A stretch of 56,497 nucleotides of DNA, the filler included, from Sphacelaria rigidula (taxonomy: Eukaryota), in the NCBI GenBank assembly GCA_964200075.2. It is 4 parts of 4 records of this genome, joined end to end, with 100 filler letters (N's around TTAATTAATTAA, not from the genome) between each part and the next. Parts side by side here need not be neighbours in the genome. Positions count along the whole stretch, not along the records: positions 28,304 to 42,351 come from CAXNAA020002486.1; positions 42,452 to 56,497 come from CAXNAA020002487.1; 2 more parts are not named here. One strand, written 5' to 3'. Of this stretch, positions 37,001 to 48,990 are shown one piece after another (position 1 is the first letter of the stretch; every line of letters begins with the position of its first letter). Position numbers and translations under genes: made by a program. The notes under the pieces were generated by a model. The model saw nothing but the letters and a program-made list of their open reading frames with translations. It had not been told where the DNA came from and did no database searches.

Positions 37001-37300
37001 TTCTTCCCCTCTGTCGACTTTCCTCAGCGAGCGATCGTTCATTCAGCCTGAGATTGGTCTATCTACCTTCTGATGATGGTTGGATTCGCAGAAGATCAAT
37101 TAACGTCCGCCAATCAAATCAACCAAGAGCGTACCATGCCCCAATAATACCACTGTTGATAAAAATATATCTCGGGTGTCGGCCGTTCATGCTGTCGGTA
37201 TCCACGCTGTATACCCCCCTCGTGCGCGTTACAATGGCAGAGCTGGCGCACGGCTACGGCAAAGGAGTTGGGCACTGCTGGTATCGGCAATAACCAGCGA

Positions 37301-37337
37301 TACCATCGAGTACCATCGAGTACCATCGAGTACCATG
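37301..37337 (+). repeat. 10-bp tandem repeat (TACCATCGAG)x3 running into the GH81 start codon
   Basis: taccatcgag taccatcgag taccatcgag taccATG. Confidence 0.9.
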
Positions 37338-40300
37338 AAGATTGCACTTGGCTTGGCCGGCGTGTCGATCTCTGGCGTTTGGGCCGCGTTCGACAGCGTA
37401 GTGCCCACAGACGACGCGCTGCCCACGGGGAATCCGCCAGGATTCTTCGATCGCAGGGAAAATATTATTTCGCCGCTCGGTGTGTCTAGTTCCCTGGATA
37501 CTGAGCCGGCGCTACTTCACACGAACAAGTTCTACTCTAACTTTTTGGTGAGGATACATTCGTCCAGATTTTTCTTTTGAACCTCTACTCAGACGAAGAT
37601 GCTCCAGCACATAAGATACGCAGTGTAAGCGACGCTTAGGATCTATATGGCGTACACTACAGGCATTGGGCAAATGCTCTGTCCGACGGCCCTCAATCAA
37701 TATCCACTATTAATATTATACGAAGTAGGGTCTTTTACTCAAACAAGGTGCCGTCGGGTCGGGTTGGGTACGCACAACAAACGGGACGTCGACAACTTTT
37801 CTCAGAAAAGTCATTACTTCACGTTAGATCGGTACGGCTGTACTGCGTGAGAGGACCACGTGCTTAGAGGACCGCGTCTAAATTTGAATATCGCTATGGT
37901 TAGGGTTTGAGTAAGGGTTAGCGTTGGGGTTAGAGTCAGGGGCGTGGTCCCTACAGGGACTGGCTCGACCGAGTTTGAAAAACGTCGATCCTGAGGACCG
38001 AGAGTGACTTTCACACGGACGACTTCATGCCCCCCGATCTTCTTGAAACCATTTTGGGGGATTTCCCATCTTCTGTTCTCCCGAAGGGTACGTCCGAAAA
38101 CACCATTTTCGGAATAGATAACGTCCGCTCTTTCACGCCGAAATCGAGGCTAAAAGGTGCTTTCGCACATACATACCCCTTTTCGACGGGAACGCGGGAA
38201 ACCTCTAAAAACAGTTTCAGGGAGGTCGGGGGGCATGAGGTCGTCCATATGAAACCTATTCATCATACCTTTAGGTAAGGAAAAGCACTGTTTTGAAGTT
38301 GAACCTCATTTTAATCTTCAACCTCATCTTCGAAAATAATCTGTTCTTTTATGTACAATAACAAAAGAGTTCAGGTAACCCCAGCCCGTGCTGTCATCAC
38401 ATCTGTTGTGGAGGCCAGTCTAAACCTTCGGTACATGTGGGCGCATCATCCGTTGTCACACAGGAACATCTACACCGGAGTTGTTTTTGTTTTTGTTTTG
38501 GTACTCTGCCTTCCTTCTGGGTGGTTGCCCTAACTTTTATCGCGAGAAAGGTTCAGCGCTGTCTTTCCCTCGTCGACGGTGAAGCCGAAAGTAAAAAAAT
38601 CCGCATAGATATGAACACTTCGCATGTTGTTATCAGTGGTGTTTGTCCCGGTGACTCTGCATGCAGTTGCTCCTAGCGTAAAGATCCCAAGCTCGTTCAT
38701 GCCAACCGGTCAATCACCCTATGGCGGTCACCGTAGCTCATCTGATTTTCACACCCGTTTTTCAAGTGTAAGTGTTGCCAAATTCAGCAGTTGGCCCACC
38801 CCTGGTGGTCAAAGGGTTAGCCCTCGGAGTACGAAGCAAGTATCTCGAGTCACTAAATGCTACTGGGGATATTTCGTTACTTGAATTGTCATGCTCGAGG
38901 GCTCATACAATCCGCAAGCATTTCACAGCCCAGGAGTTTTCATTGAGAATCCACTTGAACCGTGTGATCAAGCCCACGATTTCACGGGCCCCCGAACACG
39001 GATTCAAGATAACGGGTTCCTGACGAACTTTCCCTGTGAAAGTGGCCACGCCTGCACAGGTTTCATGCTTGGCGTACAGATATTGCTCGGTGTTCTCCCC
39101 CCTTGCCGATTGTTGAATTGCACTGCTTAGGCAAATAACCCCTACAACGAGACCTGGTGAACGTTTTGCTGCTTCGCCTTAACCGCAGATTGATGGACCC
39201 CAGCGGAGCGCGTGGACACTACCGTACATCGTGACGGTGAACGATGAGACGCCCTATGGAATGTACGTCAGCTATCCCAAGTTTTTCAACGGGCAATTCG
39301 AGGACGATGGCAGGCTGAAGTGGTACGCGACGACCACGACGAAGGATTTGATCGTCGCGGCCACGGTACGTACGATACAACCTTGTTTTCCCCCACCGAT
39401 CACCTTCTTTACCTTCTTTTGTTCCTTCTTTCTTTGTTTCGTCCTTCCTTCCTTCCCTCCTTCTGCCATATCTGCCCCTTGTATGTCCTCGAGCGAGTGA
39501 GTGTTCCCGCTTTGTTTACATCGGTCACCTCTATCTTCTGATGATGATGGCTTGATTCCACAGCGATCGATTCTTACGCAAAAATGAAACAAAATTGACT
39601 AATCAACCCTTCGTGGGGGTATCATGCATGATCGTCCGTTTCCCCGACACTATTTGCGAGACTAGTCATATTACCACCGCCATAGATGTCAGGTAAACAG
39701 CTCCACGTTTGGAGAAAAAGAACGAGGGTATCGCCCAAGCTATCAGAGAAGTACTCTAACGTTTTTTTACTTTTACGGCGGAGGAATTTGAGGAAACCCG
39801 TGGTAGTACTTGCGCGCTACCTGTTTCGTCACGTTCCTCAGGATGGGAACTACGTAGTGTGCTCGCCCTCGCGTAATCATGTGAAATGACTAATTGCGTT
39901 TAACGCCCGCGCAACGGCCATTGTGTGTGTGCCACAGGAGGTAAATGACATGCAAGAGGCCACCATGACTGGCTTTGATGAATACGGGCTGTCAGCAACA
40001 GTCCGCTTTGAAAATGCCGACCACCCCCAGGGCAGAATGACGACCTACCTCGTGCGCGGAATGGTGAGTGAATCCTGCACTTCGACATGAATGTTAAATC
40101 CGAGGTGCCCAAGGAACAGGCATCCCAGCCTAGTCGACGTTCCAGGCCACAAATTATTGACGCATGAGAAGCATTGTTTTCAAGCTTGGGTGGTGTTTGT
40201 TTTATTTCGTTTCCATCTACCTGTCTTGGGTGTTTCCAGAACTCAGCTCGATCGTCTATATTACCTCTCCTTCGACACACGCTGTTTTTAATTTTCATGC

Positions 40301-41356
40301 CTCGCATTTTTTCTCGTTGGCGCCATGACGGAACCGGAACCCAGGCATATGCAACGGTTGAATACGAGAACTACACTCCGGAGGTTTCCAGCATCCACGC
40401 TATACTCTCGGTGAACGGGCAGGTGCGTTGTCTTCGCCGAACTAGTAGATGGCACATGTTATCCCGTCGCTGCTGTCGCTAGAATGAATTTCCTTCCAAG
40501 TCAGGAATAGCTGGTGGCAATATGGCTTTACACGAAAATGGCACTGTCGGCAACGAAAAATCTTTCAGGTGAACCTGACCATGGACGTTCTTGCCTCGTT
40601 AATGAGCTATGTACTGCTGGTTAGGTGTTGTTCCGAAATGCTCGCTAAGACGGGATCTTCCACAGTGCGGATGGATTTTGTTATAATGATCAGTTCCGTA
40701 CTTGTACCGGACAATTTCTACCTCCGCTCATTCCCGTACACAAAAACTGTTCTTACCTGTCAGAATCCCTCATTTACACTGGATTTTACAAACTGTGGAC
40801 GGGATTTATTCTTGAGGATGAGCAAGGCCACACATCACGGCCGGAGAGTGCATTTTCATTTCTTTTTCGAAAATAGTTCGATGCTTATGAAGGCTCCGCA
40901 GGCTCATCCACAGAACAAAATCAATTCGCAATTTGTGAATTGCCGTGTTTACTGAAGACCTCCACCTAAAGCCGCACTCGTTCCGACGCTCTCTTCAATA
41001 CACCTTACGCTCGCATGTTTTCTTCCCATTCCATCCTAGTGAATTTTTGTATGCCGAGACCGAAACGCATCTCTTCTGGTGATTCATTTCAATACGGGGA
41101 TAACCCACAGTGTCAACGGCTTGACCGCATCAGTGTCTAGCATTCAAAGCCATTGCAAGCACTCTGCAGGTCGACATGCTGCGACGAACTTTGTCGTGTT
41201 CTGCATCTCCCAACAGGGCGTCGATAGCAGCAACCACACGGACCCTGATGGACGCTTCGAGATTGAGTTGAACGACGGGAGCACGTGGATTTTGTACTCC
41301 AGCGATGACAGTGTCGAGTTTTACTACACGACGGGACTACCCAACGAACCGAGAAA
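37335..41356 (+). CDS. Secreted endo-1,3-beta-glucanase, glycoside hydrolase family 81 (N-terminal five exons; partial)
   Basis: Exons 37335-37547, 39189-39365, 39938-40063, 40345-40422 and 41217-41356 have GT-AG sites and in-frame joins. Signal peptide MKIALGLAGVSISGVWA. GH81-N motifs HTNKFYSNFL, WTLPY, MTTYLVRGM|AYATVEY and RFEIELNDGSTWILYS are present. Catalytic-domain exons were not found in the window. Confidence 0.85.
37839..37995 (-). mobile_element. Second, truncated copy of the telomere-repeat MITE in GH81 intron 1
   Basis: TGCGTGAGAGGACCACGTGCTTAGAGGACCGC TIR, then GGTTAGGGTTTGAGTAAGGGTTAG..., CAGGGACTG and AAACGTCGATCCTGAGG, collinear with the reverse complement of about 33848-34005. 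The second TIR is missing. Confidence 0.75.
38010..38253. mobile_element. About 240-bp foldback/MITE-like element
   Basis: TTCACACGGACGACTTCATGCCCCCCGATCT pairs with AGGTCGGGGGGCATGAGGTCGTCCATATGAA; further pairing inside. Confidence 0.65.
38919..39044. repeat. About 125-bp imperfect hairpin in GH81 intron 1
   Basis: TTTCACAG...CTTGAACCGTGT...GCCC pairs with GGGC...ACACGGATTCAAG...CTGTGAAA. Confidence 0.55.
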
Positions 41357-41799
41357 GTGAGTAAGATCGTAGGCATAGCGTGGACGGCGGCGCATTTCGG
41401 AACTATTGACAGTCGTTTTCGTAGTAGGTCACACTTCAATGGCGTGCAAATGAATCGCTGTGGCTGACAGTTTTTCCACGTTCCGGGTGATCTCAAAATT
41501 AGCAGTTCCAACAGTGTGACCACCACTGGATCGCTCTACGATCAAAGGAGTCCGAAAAAATGCATACAAAAGTCCGCTCTGGATGTCTTTGTGGCTTCAT
41601 AAGACGAATGTTAATTGGTGTCGGTTGTTCAACACAGAGTATGTGCGGTAGTTGATATACTCGCGTGAGGCCGCCGCGCTCCGGCGGTCAAACTGGTGCA
41701 TGACCCGCGAGTTTGGACGGAGTAGTAGTATTGTGTTCGAATCCTAACGGTAGTAGGTTGATCCCTTGAGACCAAGGGCTTCCAGAGATGAGGAGGGAT

Positions 41800-42307
41800 G
41801 TATTCATGATCTTGCATGCCGTAGTCATACGACCACCGACCTCGCATCCCTACAAAGCCGGGATGGAGCACGCCGGGTTTTCGTCGGACCAGACCCGCGA
41901 TTAATCACCAAGCGCGAAGCGCCGTGATATTTTCGGCGAGTCCTACGCCTACGGAGAATGGGCTATATCCTGCCAAGATTATTCGGCCCGAAGCGTCCCT
42001 ATTACCTTGCACTTGGACGAAAAACTTGAATGAGTTGCTTCACTTTCTGGTATCGCCACCTCCAGCGATAGCCACGGGTTTCACACTGCCTCGTGCGTGT
42101 CTCACCGTTTAAATACTATGTAGTATTATCATTCCCTTTGCGCGGAATTGAGGTTCTACTACCCCGCACAATATGATCTAGCCGTCATGATTACCGCAAA
42201 AAAGGGCAGGCAAATTAACCCCGGAAACCTGGTTGCCTGACTGGCGCTGTGAGTGACGTGTTTTACAGCGTCGTTGCCAACCGACACCAACCCTTTCGAG
42301 ACGGAGC
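41800..42307 (-). mobile_element. Family B retroposon, near full length
   Basis: Reverse complement homologous to 22731-23241. AGGAGGG on both sides (41791-41797 and 42308-42314), the right one extended into a G-run. Confidence 0.75.
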
Positions 42308-42351
42308 AGGAGGGGGGGGGGGGGGGGGAACCATAACCACGCAGAGCGGAA

Positions 42352-42451
42352 NNNNNNNNNNNNNNNNNNNNNNNNNNNNNNNNNNNNNNNNNNNNTTAAT
42401 TAATTAANNNNNNNNNNNNNNNNNNNNNNNNNNNNNNNNNNNNNNNNNNNN
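42352..42451. other. Assembly gap with linker
   Basis: N44-TTAATTAATTAA-N44. Confidence 0.95.
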
Positions 42452-42520
42452 CGAAAGGGATGCGTGGTCAATGGTCGAACGACTAAGGCAAGCAACAAAT
42501 GAGTACGTCCCCCCCCCTCC
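42452..42520 (+). mobile_element. Family A LINE 3' end (cut by gap)
   Basis: CGAAAGGGATGCGTGGTCAATGGTCGAACGACTAAGGCAAGCAACAAATGAGTACGT + C-run. Confidence 0.75.
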
Positions 42521-44867
42521 CGCGCTTCTTTGGTTGTCCATACTCAACCACATGGGGGTACCTACGCGCTCCCCTTGTCAATATGACCGGCACCGCACCA
42601 TGCGTGAAAATATTTTCGCGGACAGGGTCGGTGGTAGCGGCAGCGGCAGCAGTCGTCGTTAACTTGTTGGCGATGTTGTTGGTGGAGGAGGTGGTAGTGG
42701 CGGTGACTGCGGTGTTGTCGGCGATGATAAAGGGACTGGGAATAAAGATGGTTGTCGCGTGTGGTGCAACCCCGGGACTGTTGGAGCGGGAATCAACCGC
42801 GGGACTATAGGAGTAGGAGTAGGAAGTGCAGCTGTGGTAGTAGGTGGTAACGGTGATGATGCGGCAATGGGGAAGGGTGACAATAGTGTCGGTATACCGG
42901 CGGCGCTGGCGGCGCGATCAATGTTGCTCCCTCCCCTCCCCCGCCGTCGAGCGACGCCGTTGTGGGAAATTACTGACTGCCGAGATTCAGCGTGAGGGAA
43001 CGCTATCTCGGTTATGCATACTTTTTCTTGGATGCTGTTTCAACAAGATGATTCTCGCCGGCCAACCCGTGACAGTCATTCGAAGCAGTGATTTCTGACA
43101 CGGGGAACATTTTCACACCGAAACAAGAACACACGGTAGTCTATACTGCACGCCGTATCCTTTTCACAAAGCATTTGATATTTGTTCTGACTTCATTACG
43201 ATAACCCCGTGTTTCGTCCATTAGTCGGAAAGGCACACCTGACCTGTCGTTCGAATGAAAACCCTACGCTCAATCATACCTTCAACTCTCAATCTCACGA
43301 AAACATTGTTCTTTGTGTGCCCTCGTTTAGCGATTCCCAATCGCTGAAGAGATTGGCATCATATTAGCAGGAAATTTCTAATTTGCCATGTATCGGCGGG
43401 TGGGTTATTGTGGCATAGCCCCCTACCAGAAAATATGGGGATGCCGAGGATTGTCGTCTCTTGTCTCTGGCGCTGACCAATGCAAAGATCGAATGCACTC
43501 TGCTTCCCTCTGTGGGCAGGACGTACCTATGTGCGCTGCAGAACAAGTCATCCTATCGCAAGTTGGAGGGTGTTATTGTCATTGTTGATTTCACCCGATC
43601 TCTGCACAACAAGGATAAGAGTCTGCCACACCCCAATTAGGGGGGATGTATGAAAGATGAGTGTGTTGACCACGCGTATTTTCACTAATCAGACCGGCGT
43701 GTTTGATATTGTTCCGAGGTTTCGGAAAAAGGTACAGGAAATGGAGAGTCATGTATATGGTTATGGAATATTGATATTTGAAGGTACAAGATAAGGTATA
43801 GTATGGCTGCGGGATTGAGGGATGATCTTCTTGAATAGAAGACAAGCAGGCCGACAGCTACGCCCGTCGTGCTGCTTCCCCACCTTCGTTCAGTGTGTGT
43901 GTTTCGCCCCAATTGTGGTGCTGCCACTAGAGCAGAACACGCAGTTCCTGCAGAGGCAAGCGCAGTCCTCTCCTGGACCACAACAACGGAAGTCTGCATC
44001 ACGGTATGCAGCGGATGTGACAACACCACTCGCAGGGTAGATCAGTGTGCGATCTGTTCTGCCAGCTGGGGGGTTACTCATAGCGGGTATCGGTGTACCA
44101 GGTGCTGTAGCCCCTGCTAATATTGTGGAGGAATGATGGTAGGGTTAGGTTTTCCTAGCCCTGATGCAAGCTCTGAGGATGGTCTGATGACTGTAGATTG
44201 TCAAGGTTCGAACATTCTACCTACAGGAGAAAATAACGGTAGGATTCTGGAAGCGAAACACATTCAACAATATTTTCGTGAGATTGAGAGTAGATGATAC
44301 AATTGAGAGTTAAAAAGAGTTCACTTAATGAATGAATCGTTTCAGTTCCGGAATGCCCCTTCACGAGGCCCGATATGCTTCCTGTAGTAGCTTGCCACTG
44401 AGGTCCTTGATGTCCCTGAGTAGGATATCGACGTGTACCTGTAGGCACACGCTAGTGATAGAGGCAAAGAGAAGCACAGATGGGATGAAAAAATGCAGGG
44501 GTCTACACGTTACACGTTCACGTTCACGTTCACGTGACGTTCATCGCGTTACGTTGCGTATGTCACTTTAAATAAATTCTAACGTTACGTTAACGTTTTA
44601 TTTGGAAATTCAACGTTACGTTCACGTTACGTTCATGACGTAAAATATATGTCATGTTACGTTTCGTTACATGTAACGTAATATGAAACGTTTCAATGTC
44701 ACGCGTGACGTCTAATATAACGCTACGTTGACACATGTTACGTTCGAATGTAACGTTTCATCCTGTGCATGTCGCGGCTCACTTACCAGTGCTTAAGGCG
44801 TTATGAAACGTGTGGTGTAACGCGTGATGTTATTGTTTACGTGACGCTGACAGTGACCCGTCGGGTA

Positions 44868-46140
44868 CTCCTCATGTGTAAAACAATCTCTATTAAACAA
44901 CGCGCTTTCTGATAAATGACCACTGACCCACTTCTTATATGATCAGAAAACGCGTTGTTTTATAAAACCGTTTCTGATGACATTGTTCGATAGCCCAAAG
45001 CTATCAGAAATCAGGGTTTTCTGATGGCTTTGGGCTGTCGAAAAATTTATTGAAAACGCGTTTGAAATCCCGCCGCACGCCAACACACTCTCTAGGTTAC
45101 GATAGCAGCCATGGTGACTTGGCTACCATCACCCCTGCTGCCACCGGTGCTCGCAGGCGATCAGCGTGTTGCTTCATTGTCCTTCGCTCGCCAGTATCAT
45201 GGCGGCCCTTTACCCCATGAGAACAGCACAGGGCAGGGTCGATGACGAGTGGTGTAGAAACACTTTGTATGTAGTTTGTACAGATAGTATTGTAGTTCGC
45301 AGTTCAGGTCTGTGCGTGCAGCGTGTTATGAACAGCACTCGCAATGCAGTACATACAGACTGCCCACGCATCCAAGACTTGTGGACAGGACTGCACTGAC
45401 TGTACGCACGCGACCACAGTATAAGCAGTGCTACTGCTATAGTGTGCCTGCAGGGCTTGGGTGCTTGGGCAATCTGTACTGTATTCGAGTGCTGTTTGCA
45501 ACACGCTGCATGCACAGACCTGAACTGAGCTACAATACTGTGCAAACTACATACAGAGTGTCTGTACAGCACTCGCCATCGACCCTGCCCTGTTCTGTTC
45601 CCATAGGGGTGAGGGCCGTCACGCTACTGGCGAGCGAAGCATAGTACAGCAACACGCTGACTGCCCGCGAGCACCAGCGACAGCAGTGGTGATGGCAGCC
45701 ACGTCATCACTACGGTCAATGCATACAGTACAGTACTGTTGTGTGTACTGTTGTGTGTGCTGTTCTTTCAGTCAAGTACTACCGTGCAGCGAAAAGGCAC
45801 AACCGTCACTTCTACAGCCAGTTAGTACAGCAAGGCGGTGTTCGTATTGATCGTCTTGCGTCACGCAGCCCACAATGTATTGCTCAGGCAATGTATCACA
45901 GTAGTACAGACAGCCAGTACGGATCGTACACCACAACACGACAGCAGAGTCCTGCGTCTCTTTCGCGCGCCCCATAATTTGAAACTTTGCCTGCACACCT
46001 CATAGGAAACGATGGACACTGCGTTTCCAATCTCGACAGTGCTTCGATCACGTGAGAAGGGCTACTTCGAAAATTTATGTGGAAGATGGCGCTGTTGAAA
46101 AACGGCTTCTCTGACAATGCGTGTTTTTATACATGAGAAG
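44868..46140. mobile_element. TA-flanked TIR element nested in the hAT element
   Basis: TA|CTCCTCATGTGTAAAAAC pairs with GTTTTTATACATGAGAAG|TA; contains several hairpins. Confidence 0.7.
45113..45708. repeat. Long imperfect inverted repeat (arms about 265 bp, loop about 75 bp)
   Basis: 45113-45378 is the approximate reverse complement of 45453-45708 (e.g. CAGGGCAGGGTCGATG / CATCGACCCTGCCCTG; CAGTTCAGGTCTGTGC / GCACAGACCTGAACTG). Confidence 0.9.
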
Positions 46141-47330
46141 TAGCCTTGAATGTGGTCGAGATGATTATGATGTTATGATGCAGTGCTGCAACAATAACTT
46201 GGGGTGTTAGGTGTGGTGGGGAGAGCGCGAAACTGCCCAATAGTACCATACGTTTACCATGTTCATTCAAACTCATTCGTGTTTATTGAAGCATAATCTT
46301 CTTGGATATCAAAATTCATTGCAAACTTGAAGTTTCACCACTTCATGTGACGTGTTCATGACGTTTCATGTAACGTGTGTAACGTCACATGTAAGGTTAC
46401 GTGTAACGTGTAACGTCTAATGCACGCGTAACGTGTAATAGATGTTACATGTTCCATAAAATGTTTCATACTACGTGATTTGAAGCTTTGGGCAATTCAA
46501 CGTTCACGTTACGTTACGTATATCTTATTAAACAAATTGAACGTGACGTTAACGTTTCATTTGAAAATTTTGCGTTACGTTCACGTCACGTTCATCACGT
46601 AACAAAAAAGCGTTCACGTTACGTTTAGGCCAAAACGTAACTTGAAAGTAACGTGTAACTCTATGGCGCGTGTAACGTATAGACCCCTGAAATAATGGCT
46701 AAGTTAAAGCGAATGATCAAAGCCACTCTCCATCAGCGCTCTACTCTCAATCTTACGAAAACGTTGTTATGCCTTCCTTTGAAAGCAATACGACTATTCA
46801 TGAAAATGGATGAAAATTACATGAAAATGAGGATGATAATGGACGAAAACGGATAAAATGTATGAAATATACCCGTTAATAGAGAGTTTCGGAAGATTTT
46901 TTTCTCATCATAGACTCAGAGTGCAGAGTGGAAGCTTTGACACTTCAGAGGGGACGCTCAAACGTCCATAGCGGAAGCTGACGTGACGTGGTTTGATGTG
47001 GGTTTTTCTGTGCGCAGTGATTGGCCGCAGGTTGCCCCGTCAAATGTACGATCGACCAGAGTCCAGATCGAAAGTACATAGACCGGCACAGCACTAACTG
47101 TACCGTACCCTGCGGCACCGTACGTACCGTACACTACGCTTCACAGCACCTGCAGTACTTGAATGCACTACGGTGCACTACAGGGCACTGCAGTGCTGCA
47201 ATGCTGTGCAGTGTGGAGTACAGACAGTGCAGTATAAAGATTGCAATGTAGAACCCTACAACAGCACAACAGTGCAGTGCGGTACGGTAACCTACAGCGA
47301 TACCGTACATGTGTAATGAAGTTCCGGTGC

Positions 47331-47934
47331 TGTTATGGCAAGCACAGACTCACTAGGCAAGGCAACGGGGTCAGTCCTCACAACTGAACGGCCAGGCCAA
47401 AACCCAAAGCACCGTGTCACACAAGACGTGTTCAAGTAAACCACTATCTCACGCGTAAGTTACATCTTCCTTCTTCATTCCTTGGTCTCGACCTTCCGGT
47501 ATCCACTCAATCAATCCAATCTCATGCTCAGTATATCGGTCTCACCAGTGGTAGACTTCTTGCCGAGAGAGGGCAGAAGATGGTAGCCTTTGGTAGTGCG
47601 ATGGGTGGGGCTTGATTTGTTCGATAGCAAATCAAGCCGTCACCATCTCTACCATATACAAGTTCATACTCGTACCTGACCAACTCTGAACTAACCTGCA
47701 GTCTTGTGTCTTAGAATACCCTACTTGCAAATATAAAGCCGGGCTCATCAACGGGTCTGAGGCGGCATGATAACAGACCAATATGCGTCCTCATGACACT
47801 AACCAACCCAGACGAAGCTTTGTTACAGCTGCGAGGATTTTTTCTCAAAGCAGCGAAAAGTAAGGTTTTTCTTCACCCGTAAAGTCATGAGCGGCTATTA
47901 AAGCATACATAAGGAAACACACCCGTACCCAACA
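47331..47934 (-). repeat. Putative 3' LTR of the Gypsy element
   Basis: Bounded by TGTT...AACA. A G/A-rich tract (minus-strand GAGGTGTGGGAGTGGGTACGGGAG) precedes it on the element strand. An alternative end is GATAACA at 47775. No second LTR is in the window to confirm. Confidence 0.35.
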
Positions 47935-48454
47935 CTCCCGTACCCACTCCCACACCTCAAAAAAAGGAATCATGGACTGCTTCGAGGCGCAGAAAAACTG
48001 CTTCAAAACGCGGAAGCACAAACTGCTTCTGCTTGCTAGCGATCAACGAAGAAGCACAAATTGCTTCGGCGTCCTTGCAAAACGAAGGGGGAAAACAGGG
48101 AGGTACAGCAGGGAGCAGAGCTTCAACCTGGGGGAATCCAAAGGTGAACACATGCAAGATCGAAAATCTGAAAATCGGCGATCCAACGAGATTGAGCGCC
48201 AGCCGAGAGGGGATACTATAGCTCCAGCAGTCGTAGATGGTGGTTGTCTTCAGTAGTTCTTCGATCGTCGTCGGATGTCGTTGGCCCTGTTGTGATGTCG
48301 TAGAAGAGGATCCTAGTGAGGAAGCGCGGGCAAACAATGCTACAGAAGGGGGAGGGCAACAGTTGCGACGAAGGAGCGTGGTTCAAAGCGGGGCGTGGAC
48401 ATCGTGGGTGTGGTCGATGTTGCACTGGAGACCGCGACGAAGTCCTTTGGACCT

Positions 48455-48990
48455 CAGGCGCTGGAGGCACCACGATCCGCGTGGTGCAGATGGGCTGGTG
48501 GTGTATAGTGCTGGCCGGAGCTGGAGCTATATGGGTCCAGGGTCATCGATGAAGGGCACGATGTATGTGTCGGCAGAAACCAGGTTAGCGGAGTGGGTCT
48601 GATCCAACCACCAGAGGTTGTCGCTGCCTTTGAACCAAAGGTAGCTGCCCTTGGGCAGGAGTCGCTGGTTTGCAAAAAACTTCGTCTTACAAGTCTTGGT
48701 GGGTACAAGTTCGTAACCGTCGGCGACAAAGCGTAGTCCCTGATCGCGGTGAAGTTCGCGGGCTGCTGCGCCACGACGCATGTTGCGATATTTCTTGTTG
48801 TGAGCAAGATGCTGATCTTGGGATTGCGTCTAGTACAGGAGGATTGCACGGCGGTCCAATTGAAGGTCGGATTCTCGTTTCCAAGACGCTCTCCGAAGAC
48901 CGTGCTAGTGTGTCTTATACATGACAGCGATTTTGTCACCTCGACCACGTTTTATCTGGTGGCCGGAGATGGTGGACACGGTCAATCGGG
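48455..48990 (-). pseudogene. Integrase C-terminal extension: chromodomain plus a Tudor/PWWP-like module
   Basis: TVSTISGHQIKRGRGDKIAVMYKTH*HGLRRASWERESDL is chromo-like with W-to-stop. It is followed by KGSYLWFKGSDNLWWLDQTHS...TYIVPFIDDPGPI...SWCLQ. Confidence 0.6.

Larger units (their letters stand above)
44496..46689. mobile_element. Non-autonomous hAT-type DNA transposon with ACGT-rich subterminal arrays
   Basis: TIR CAGGGGTCTACACGTTACACG pairs with CGTGTAACGTATAGACCCCTG. 8-bp TSD AAAAAATG (44488-95) / AAATAATG (46690-97). Dense CACGTT/TAACGT motifs at about 44505-44845 and 46345-46680. No transposase. Confidence 0.85.

Noticed and set aside
44500-44850. CRISPR-like or satellite array
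   Set aside because: No constant repeat with unique spacers; explained as hAT subterminal motifs in a eukaryotic context.
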